64,000 nt of DNA from Octopus sinensis (lineage: Eukaryota). Below are positions 53,998-64,000 of this stretch, piece by piece (positions within the stretch are counted from its first letter, which is position 1; every line of letters starts with the position of its first letter). The notes under the pieces were generated by a model that was not told the DNA's origin, did no database searches, and worked only from the letters and a program-made list of their open reading frames with translations. Position numbers and translations under genes: made by a program. The stretch is from the NCBI RefSeq assembly GCF_006345805.1, contig NC_043002.1, forward strand, positions 64,170,001-64,234,000, read 5' to 3'.

Positions 53998-56089
53998 CGC
54001 TTATATACTAAAGCTTTCAAAATTTGTTAGTCTGCTGTAACATTTTTAGTTATTCTCTCGGTGTAAACGATGACAACCAGTGATAGGTAATCTATGTAGC
54101 AAACTGTTTAAAAGTGAAGGTCTGTGTTCAGCCCCATTCATAGCACACCACTGCGTTTTTCTGTTATGTAAAAGGTATATATTGAGTAATTCTCTAGAAT
54201 TGACAAACTGCATGATTTCATGTCGTTTTATCGCTGAAATATAATCTGTAATGATTTACACAGCCTATGATTGGCTTTGACTTTCATAATTTTGTGGATC
54301 ATAAAATAGAGATTCATTCAAATGATTGCTGGTTGACATAATTTGTTGTACATTAAATTATCTCCCAAGATTAAAGGACGCATATGGTTGGAGATTATTT
54401 AAGTTCATGTAATATGTGAGTGACTAAGCGTATGAGACAAGAGGTCAGTCTGTAACACATTGAATCCACAGCCACAGCTGTTACTTTCAATCAATAGAGT
54501 AAATCTGAAATGTGCCCTTAGTAACGCAACGCATTTTATCAGCTGTATAACGGATAGCCAATCACTTGACGTAGAATTGCGACAAACAAGTTACATAGGA
54601 AGGAGAGAATTCAGCCATTAGTTTAGCCTCTCTATTAAGTAATTTTGCACACTGCAACTGAATGTGGGTAGAAATATTTCCAGTATAACAGAAACAAAAC
54701 TATAGCATATCTTACCCCACACGGTGACGCTGTCAAAATGTATGTGCCAGTAAGCACCTAATTATTACAATTGCCGATTCAGTCTTTCTGCAGGACTCAA
54801 CCATATTATTTAGTAATGCCGCTAAGCGAGAAATTATGATGATGTTTCCGTAAATATAGATTAATGGAATTAGTTATGTTATTGTAAATTCTATAGATTA
54901 TTTGATAAATGTAATAGCAACAGTGGATGGAATCTTGCTTAAATTTATTACTAATTAGATTAATTCTGACGTTCTGTTCAGGAGTGATATATCAAGGTTT
55001 TAGTTGACTATAAGGATTACCCATTTGTGATCTGTGAAACCCCGTGGCTGGATTTCTGTTCAAACTATGGTATCACTTTCCACTACTTAGATAATAACTA
55101 CGTCGTAGATTGTAAGCTAGGATGATATTCATTCCCTGCTGGATTGCTTCTGATATCTATTTGTTCCTTACCAAGAACTTAGAAACCTCAACAGATGTTT
55201 GATGTCATTCAACGCTTGGTGTGAATTTCTCAGTTAATGCCTACATGAGAATTACGTAACCATCCCATAAAATGTGGGGAACCGATTTCTTGTTTGTAAA
55301 AGACAATTCTCTTAGAATATCTCAGATTTCACCACGGATAACCAAAAACAAAACTGTGAATCTGGTGTGGATATGCACAAAACTTAGCATTTCTTGAAGA
55401 AAATTTTAGTTCAGCTAATCATAGGATATTGTTAATATATGTCTGTGTAACTACGGGTTAGAAAAATTCTCATATTCTTTGCTATAATAACGCATCCGAA
55501 TTTCATTTCACCTAATTGGTCATTGTGCCTCCTTTGTCTTTAGCAAATTTTTAGAATTTCTAACCTTCAAATATCATTTTTTGTGCCCTCAACAAGCACA
55601 ACCTCTCCATAGTGTGCCACAAAAACGAAAGTCAGCCAGCTTTGTATGACAACAGCTTGACATAATTATTTGGTTCTTCAGCGTCTGCAACAGCTGGAGC
55701 CAAAATACCCCAGAATTGATCTTGAATAATTAAATACTTATTTGCAAATTTTGGTTAACAACAATTGTAATTTCAGTTTTGTAAGCACACCATTACTAAT
55801 AACTGCGTCGTAACGTTGATGATGATAATGATGATGATGATGATCATCATCATCATCATCATCAACATCATTATCATCATTACCATCGTACTATTACTAG
55901 TACTAATAATAATGATAATGACAACAACAACAAAAATCCTTAGACCTACCGGCAAGACATTGATCTGTTTATTTTGAAATGAGATCAGCATGTCATGCAC
56001 ACATAAATATAATACAGATGCTTCGTGTACCCTTAATAGACGAGTAATGATTATGGGCATAAGGAGTTTTGAAAAAGTGTGGCTAACAT

Positions 56090-56460
56090 TGCTAGTACTT
56101 GTGAAAATCTTGCGCAGAAAGAGTACAAACGCAGAAACGACAAGTTAGCCCCAAACCTTCACTGGTTACTATGCCGGAAGTATGGATGCAAGGTAGCGGG
56201 TGCTTGGCACTAACATACACCGGAAAATGTAATGGACGAAAAGGGGAAGACAAAGACCTTCTGTGACTTTGACTTCCGGACAGACATGCTGTTAAAGCTA
56301 TGAAAGCCGGATATAGTAACCTTTAGGAGGGACAAACAAAAGAGCATAATAATCGACGCCGTAGGTCCAGGAGATCAACATGTTCTCGTGAGAGATGAAG
56401 ATAAATTGAGAAGGTGGCAGCTACGATAATCAAAGAGAACTTATGTCCCTCTTATCATTA
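56090..56460 (+). mobile_element. Old R4/Dong-type LINE fragment
   Basis: Degenerate LAQKEYKRRNDK...LHWLLCRKYG....W..HTPENV...DFRTD....KPDIV, homologous to the REL region at 57.1-57.3 kb. Confidence 0.65.
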
Positions 56461-56580
56461 GAACATTGAGGCAAACAGTAAAAATATCCCGGTAGACACA
56501 ATATCTTCAAGTGACAGTATTACGATAGTGGATACTGTGCGACGTCTTCAATAATAATAATAATAATAATAATAATGATG

Positions 56581-56644
<64 letters not shown>

Positions 56645-56646
<2 letters not shown>

Positions 56647-57706
56647 CTGATCCAGATAGCAGCAAAACACGAGCAAAACAAAAAACTGTTCTCAGTATTT
56701 AAGGAAGCTGACAAATACAAACAAGAAATCATACCATCTAATAAACACGAAGAAGAAGAAGAAGATGATGAAGAAACAACAAAAGCTATAAAACAAATGA
56801 AATCCAAACTAAAAATAGAACAGCAACGAACCATGATAAAACGATGGCAAGAAAAGCCCCTTCATAGTAAATACTGCACTAAACTAAACGCAAAAGAAAT
56901 AGACAAAGAAAAATCCCAGCAATGGTTGAGAAGCTCAGGACTCAAAGCAGAAACAGAGGGATTTTTAATTGCAGCACAAGACCAAAGCCTCCCCACCAGA
57001 AATTACCAAAAACATGTAATGAAAAGAAATATTACAAGTAACTGCAGAATATGTGGAGATGGACAAGAAACAATAAATCATATTATCTCTAGCTGCCCAG
57101 TCCTGGCTAAGAAGGAATACATTCACAGACATGACAGAGTTGGAACCTACATACATTGGAAGCTATGCCAACATTATGGAATAACAACAGAAAAAAGATG
57201 GTATAGGCACACACCAGAAAAGGTCACAGAAAACAAGAAAGCAACCATACTCTGGGATATGCCGATACACACAGATAGAGAAATTAAGGCCAATAGACCA
57301 GATATAGTTGTCAGAGATCATGAAGAAAAAAAATGCGTTCTAATTGATGTATCAATACCGGCAGATGACAACGTGTCTCTAAAAGAAATGGAGAAACTCT
57401 CAAAATACAAAGACCTGGAAATAGAGGTAACTAGAATGTGGAATCTGAAAACAGAAACAATTCCTATCATAGTAGGTGCATTAGGCATGATAAAAAAATA
57501 TTCAGACAAATACATAACAAAAACACCAGGACTTACAAACACATATAACATACAGAAAATTGCACTACTAGGCACTGCACACATCCTACGCAGAACACTT
57601 TCCATACAATAACCATCAGAGCATCACAACAAATCACAGCACATACCCAAGGCACAGAGAACTGCGCTCGGTAGTGAAGTGAAAGCACGCTATAAAAATA
57701 AAACTA

Positions 57707-57710
<4 letters not shown>
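56645..57710 (+). mobile_element. 5'-truncated R4/Dong-type LINE in (TAA)n; open frame to 57612 (CCHC knuckle + REL endonuclease)
   Basis: AETEGFLIAAQDQ, CRICGDGQETINHIISSC, RHD, RPDIV..IDVSIP..KLSKY, GALG. Flanked by (AAT)n on both sides. No RT core or true start: the Met is microsatellite-derived. Confidence 0.9.
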
Positions 57711-57752
<42 letters not shown>

Positions 57753-57828
57753 TAATAATGATAATAATAATAATAATAATAATAATGATGATGATAATAA
57801 TAATAATGATGATGATAATAATAATAGC

Positions 57829-57875
<47 letters not shown>

Positions 57876-58007
57876 TAGTGAACTTCCAGCCTATTCTCTC
57901 TTGAGGTCTCTGGGTGAGACTTGGAGCCAACTTGTACAAATACAAAGCAAAAGTCAAACATATAATAATAATAATAATATTAATAATGATAATGATGATA
58001 ATAATAT

Positions 58008-58300
58008 GGGATTTTATGATTCAGTGCAACTATGAGATAGGGAATAGGAAGCCAGACACAGGCTTAACTAAGAAAGAAAACAAACTATGTTGGATCATAG
58101 ATATAGCATGCCCAGCTGACAGCAAGTTATGCAATAAGGAAGAAAAAAATTCGAGAGATATGACAGTTTAGCTTGGTAAGTTAAGCAGTTGTGTTCGAAG
58201 AAAAAGGTAGTAGTAGTACCAATAATTGTCGAAGCCCTGGGCACAATGAACAAAAATCTCGTTTTGAGAAGTACGTGCAACAAATAGGGGCTGCTATACG
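58008..58300 (+). mobile_element. Third R4/Dong-type REL fragment
   Basis: WDFMIQC...NRKPD...CWIIDIACPAD...KE.....VVPIIV.ALG, flanked by (AAT)n-like tracts. Confidence 0.65.
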
Positions 58301-58413
58301 GGAAGATGCTCGAAAAATAAGAGTTGTTACCTTAGTTCACTGGTAGTGAACAGCTGACACTGTTGTACATCTCCAGCGTTAGAAGCTGTGCATAAACAAC
58401 AACAACAACAATG

Positions 58414-58446
<33 letters not shown>

Positions 58447-58448
58447 TA

Positions 58449-58483
<35 letters not shown>

Positions 58484-58993
58484 AATAATAATAACAACAA
58501 CAACAAGTCCTTAGTGGCTGACGATAAGTGCATCTCTGATCAAGAGTAAGAGTTGTGGAAGAATATCATAGCCATGCCTTGACAGGAATTCTTTGGAGTT
58601 TTAATAATTCACCTCTGGAAACATGAGTTTTTCGCTCACTGCCCTTAAACAAGCTTTATTCATGGATATTTTGAGCTGGATAGGTTACTCGACGTGAAGA
58701 AAATCGTGACTGAGAACCTTATGCAACTTCGTGCTCTGGAATGAGATCAACAAATTGCGGGCACATAATTATGATGCATGTACCTTGTGTATTCTTAACA
58801 GATGAGTAATCATCATGGGTATAATGGGTTTTATGCTTTTGTACTCCAGCGTCACTGTGATGGCACGCGCTGATATCTCACTCAATATTAGTAATAATAA
58901 CTTCACAAGCAACAAAATCGATTGCACCAATAAAAATCAAAAGAATAGTGCAGAGGAGGAGGAGGAGAAAGCAGAAGAAAATGAAGAAGTAGA

Positions 58994-59063
<70 letters not shown>

Positions 59064-59287
59064 AAGAAGAAGAAGAAGAAGAAGAAGAAGAAGAAGAAGA
59101 AGAAGAAGAAGAAGAAGAAGAAGAAGAAGAAGAAGAATTCTGCTTTCTAATTTAGAATATATCTGTAAGGGTTTTGTTTTCAGAAGTCATGTGTACTTTT
59201 AACTTTGTCATTAACCGTCTAAATGTCATAACCTATTATTAAAATTCAGCCCTCTTTGTAAGTGCTCCAATATATACCTACTCTAAC

Positions 59288-59525
59288 GCGGTGGGTCGGT
59301 AGAATTGTTAGCACGCCGGGCAAAATCCTTAGCTGTATTCCGACCGTATTTACGTCCAGGTTTCAAATTCTGCCGAGGTTGTTTTTGCCTTTGATGCTTT
59401 GGAGATCGATTAGATAAGCAAGTTCATTAATTAGTATGTAAAATAAGCGTTCAACTGGGGTCGATTTAATTGACTTACTCCGTGTCCAGAAATTGCTGGT
59501 TTAGTGTCAACATTTGATACCGTTA
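59288..59525 (+). mobile_element. SINE family B
   Basis: gcggtgggtcggtagaattgttagcacgccgggcaaaatccttagc...ggggtcgatttaattgac... Confidence 0.75.
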
Positions 59526-60960
59526 TAAACCTACACGTTTTTGTTTTTATTTTGACGTTCAGGTCACGGCAATGACAAATATTTTTTCCTGAATAATAGA
59601 ATGAAAGTCTGATATATATATAATTATTTAAACAGGATCAGATTTTTCATTGAGATGTTTATTATACGGACTGTTTTCTTCGTTCCAACCGGTTAGCTAT
59701 TTCTAGATCTTTATATTTAGATATTTTGCTTCCTTTTCGCTTATATCTATTTCCGTGTCAGTTGTTTATGATACATCGATCAGGAGAAACTTTAGTTAAA
59801 TATAATTTTTCTTTTCCTTTTTTTTTATTTTTCGTAGGCGCAACGGACGATATGCCTTTAGGTGTTAACCTCATCGTCGCCATATTGCAGATATTTGTTC
59901 GACATATTCATAATTTCTAACTGAGGAGGTCTATCGTTGTTTGTTCTGGAAAGTGCACTTCTTATCATCCATTCATTGTTATTTACTCTAGGAATTAACC
60001 ATTCATTGACCTTTTCCATTTGCCCTTTGCTTTGCCTCTACGGTTGGAGAAGCATTCTGCCGCATTCATCATCCTTTTCTCACAAATACGCTCTAGTCTT
60101 AATTGTGAATTTTTACTCTTACTGATATGTGGATGCATATGGTTGATCATATTTTTTCACTATCAGCGCGACTAATGGCTTGTTGAAATGGTAAGTCGTA
60201 TCCCTGGACAGTTTCTAAGACCAAGTCCTATTCAATTTCCTCCATAATCAGTGGGACAGATGGATGGTGCGTTTAGAACATATATCGTACTGTTGTTGTC
60301 TTTCGTTCGCGTTTCAGAACAGAAAGCACCGAAGTACCCCTTTCTGTCACAATATTAAAATTAAGTTTCCTGCCTGACATGCAAAATTTGACTGATTATA
60401 TTCCACTATAACTGGCAACAAATTTCAGACGTTCTTCGAGTTTTGTGAAATGAGAGCGTTTCCATAAAGTTTATATTCTACAGTTAACCTTACTGGTTAC
60501 TTGTCTCTCCTCAAATCGGATCTCATTGCTAGTCAACAATGTGCCATGAGTTAATATCAATGTCAACGCCCATGATCATGTTGCCATGAATATGGCATTG
60601 ATATTATTTCCAAATAGGAAGCATACAGTGATTCATTTTGAATAATTGAATAGAGAAAACAGTCCCATACACTAAAAAACACTCTAGCACGGTTCCTTCG
60701 TAGATGATATACAAGCCGTTTCCTCCAGCTATTGTGCGGTATATATACAAGTTGATAGGTTCACAGTTTTGGAGCGAATATTTGAGCAACGACGCAGAAG
60801 TTTCCTTTATAATCTGCATCCAAAAGCTCGTCTCCATCAGAAACATGCTTTCTAAAGTATTCTAATGTCAAACTCGGCATTTGCAAATGTGATTGAGGAT
60901 TTTTGTTGATATTCGTAGAGAATTAAAGATATGAAATGTTTCAGGAACAACGTGTATGAC

Positions 60961-61355
60961 TCTTTTATTCTTTTATCCTTTTACTTATTTCAGTCATAGG
61001 AATCCGACCATGCTAGAGCACCGCCTTTAGTTGAGCAAATCGACGCCAGGACTTATTCTTTGTAAGCCTAGTACTTACTCTATTGGTTACTTTTGCCGAA
61101 ACGCTAAGTTAAAGGGACCTAAACACACCAGCGTCGCTTGTCAGGCGATACTGGGGAGATAAACACAGACACAAACACACACACACATATATATATATCA
61201 CGTGATCACGTGACCGACCAGACCATCAGATGTTGTTACACATCGCTGGTCACAATGTGTTCGCATTGTTTTAGCCTTCGAATGATGCCACCCCGCTGGC
61301 TAAGCGAGCAGGCCAACACACACACACACACACACACACACACGTATATATATAT

Positions 61356-61428
<73 letters not shown>

Positions 61429-61583
61429 ATACATATATACGATGGGCTTCTTTCAGTTTCCGTCTACCAAATCCCTTCACAAGGCTTTGGCAAGTAGAAG
61501 ACACTTGCCCAAAGTGTCACACAGTGGGACGGAACCCGGAACATGTGGTTCGTAAGCAAGCTACTTACCATACAGCCACTCCT
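60961..61583 (-). mobile_element. SINE family A carrying an extra 120-bp insert (61198-61317) in its internal microsatellite
   Basis: Both SINE halves are present; the insert is absent from all other family A copies in the window. Confidence 0.8.
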
Positions 61584-61898
61584 GCGCCTATGAGTTGACA
61601 TTGTATATTTGTTATTTATAATTTGTGTGCAATTGTTTTATTTTATTTTTGTTTTATTTATTTTCCTTTTTCAAGGGTAATTTCGGATCGACATATCATG
61701 CTGAATATCGTCTAGCAAATACAGTACTTTTGAGATGATTTCTTCTCAGGAAACATAAGAATAAGGAAAACTATCAACTCCTTGCGTAATATTACTCTGA
61801 AATACGATAAATGGCGAAATACAACAATAGAAATCCCTAGGTCTGAGCATTAATTGCGTAACGATGTCGTCGCGTGCTAATATTAATAATACTAATAA

Positions 61899-61941
<43 letters not shown>

Positions 61942-62373
61942 TGCAGCAGCAGCAGTAGCAATAGTAGTAGTAGTAGTAGCAGCAGTAGCAGTAGTTGCAG
62001 CAGCAGCAGTAGTGGTAGTATTAGTAGTAGTTGTAGTATTAGCAGAAGCAGCTGTGGTAGTAGTAGTGGCTGTAGTAGCGGCTGTAGTAGTAGTAGTAGC
62101 AGTAGTAGTAGTAGTAGTAGTAGTAGCAGTAGTAGTAGTAGTAGTAGTAGTTGCAGCAGCAGCAGCAGTAGCAATAGTAGTAGTAGTAGTAGTAGTAGCA
62201 GCAGTAGCAGTAGTTGCAGCAGCAGCAGTAGTGGTAGTATTAGTAGTAGTTGTAGTATTAGCAGAAGCAGCTGTGGTAGTAGTAGTGGCTGTAGTAGTGG
62301 CTGTAGTAGTAGTAGCAGTAGTAGCAGTAGTAGTAGTAGTAGTGGCTGTAGTAGTAGTAGTAGAGGTAGTAGC

Positions 62374-62410
<37 letters not shown>

Positions 62411-62435
62411 ATAGTTGCAGCAGCAGCAGTAGCAA

Positions 62436-62474
<39 letters not shown>

Positions 62475-62500
62475 CAGTAGCAGTAGTAGTAGTAGTAGTG
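61899..62500. repeat. Compound (GTA/GCA)n tract with ~210-260 bp higher-order repeats
   Basis: The motif ttgcagcagcagc..gtagcaatag recurs at 61941, 62151 and 62415; gcagaagcagctgtgg recurs at 62042 and 62260. Confidence 0.9.
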
Positions 62501-64000
62501 GATTAAGTAACGGCTGAGGGATAATTTAATCTCCGACATCGAAACTTATTGGTAACTAAAAAAACAAGAGAAACAATACCAAAAATTACGGTATTTCAAC
62601 ATGGAAGAAATCAGTATCAACAGAACAGATTCGGCAGGAAACAATGCCAAAAATGTTTACTGATTGAGGTTGAACATCTAGAAGATAATATACCAAATTT
62701 GGGGACAACGATAAACGTGCAATAAGAATTTTGGGTTAAGAACTTTGAACAGTGCAATGATGCAGATTAATGACGTAAATCTAGAAGTCAAATGGAAAAT
62801 ATTGCAATAAAATAGAATACAAACTTTAGGAAACAGAAAATTTTACAATGAGGTTTAAAACGATACCAAATTCTGAAAGTTGTAAAGCAGTAATGCAATG
62901 GTATTTAATCTTCTGGCTTAAAAATCAATGTCACTAGTATACACAAATATATTATAAAGATGTTTTGATTGTGTAGAATATTAAACAGCAACATTGCAGA
63001 AGAAAGATGGAATAAAGAAAGAACTAGGAATTAATTATAAACCAGTTGCATCGCAGTACTGGTTTTAGAAATAGCTAATTGGGATCATAGCTATCTATAA
63101 CTTTCTAGAGAAGAGAAAATACTTAGATGATAAGGTATTCCGAAAAATACCAAGGGAGGTTGCAGATCTATCATATAGGTCTACAGTATGTCAATTTAAC
63201 GCATGCATTTTAACTTATCATTCGATTTTATTTATTTCTGCATGAATATATGTCAAACGATCTACCTTATATATAATTTAATAATTGATTAGTACTTACT
63301 TCATCGACCATTCAAAAAAATAACCACAAAATTGGGAGGATTTGAACTCAGGACTTATAGAAAATGTAAGGTATTTTCTTTGATCTACAAACCACTGTTT
63401 TGAAAATCACTATAAATATTTTTTTTAATGATAATAGTGTCATATAAAATATAGAGATCGACAAGGATAATTTCCACTCCATTGAGACATTTTATAAGAT
63501 CAAACAGTTAACAGAAAACATGACATTTTATAAAGTAGGTGGAAGTCTCTATATATTATTTTAATGAAATATTTATTTCATGTCAAAGGAATACCAACCC
63601 GGCAGACATACACACGGAAGAAACACTTTTGGCAATCTGTCAAAACATATGAAATGAAGTAAAATGTAATCAATTATTGTGAAAGATTACATGTCAACGG
63701 TATAAGATAGATAGACGTAGAGAGTAGAATGGGAGAAATAACAGGCAATGAAATCGTTCAAAATCTCGAAGTATTAATAAAAGCTGTAAGCTATAGGCAA
63801 TTAATGTGAAGTTGTTAGATTAATATAACGCCTATGGATATATTACCAGATAAATTTTATACCTAGCGTAGAAATGTAAGCACAATTTCTTTGCTTTTAA
63901 TGAATATGATGTAAAACCTATCATACTGAGTATGATAATTAATACGAGCAAAATTACCGAGTTTTTAAGAAATCAGGACCATATGTGGAATCCGATGCAT

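Noticed and set aside
54555-54575. CCAAT box next to TGACGT (CRE-like)
   Set aside because: Short motifs expected by chance; no associated transcript feature.

Overview
Eukaryotic, non-genic, extremely microsatellite-rich DNA. The (TA)n/(CA)n/(TAA)n/(GATA)n density and the SINE families suggest an octopus (cephalopod) genome; this is inference from repeat content. I found no host exon I can support. Most ORFs in the track are microsatellite read-throughs. The centrepiece is a near full-length Penelope-like retroelement (PLE, 40456-45576) inserted in (TA)n. It has an RT (YRDD) plus C-terminal GIY-YIG endonuclease, a 1.15-kb 5' inverted arm, direct pseudo-LTRs and a hammerhead ribozyme (HHR) in each pLTR copy. 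A solo pLTR of the same family (13769-14200) has the same two breakpoints. All its frame breaks can be explained by about 9 single-base deletions, so it may be intact in vivo. At least three further unrelated families of short microsatellite-embedded elements carry HHR-like cores (8.1, 10.5, 16.6/26.8/48.7, 29.7/31.2 kb). The 29.7/31.2 kb family appears to join a tRNA-like head to an HHR tail. Also present: a 2.56-kb hAT (hATm-like) fossil with a perfect 8-bp TSD, a deleted mariner, a hAT MITE, R4/Dong-type LINE fragments nested in (TAA)n, a HERO-like fragment, CR1/L2-type LINE 3' ends, many tRNA-derived SINEs and a 1-kb tandem duplication bounded by (TA)n.
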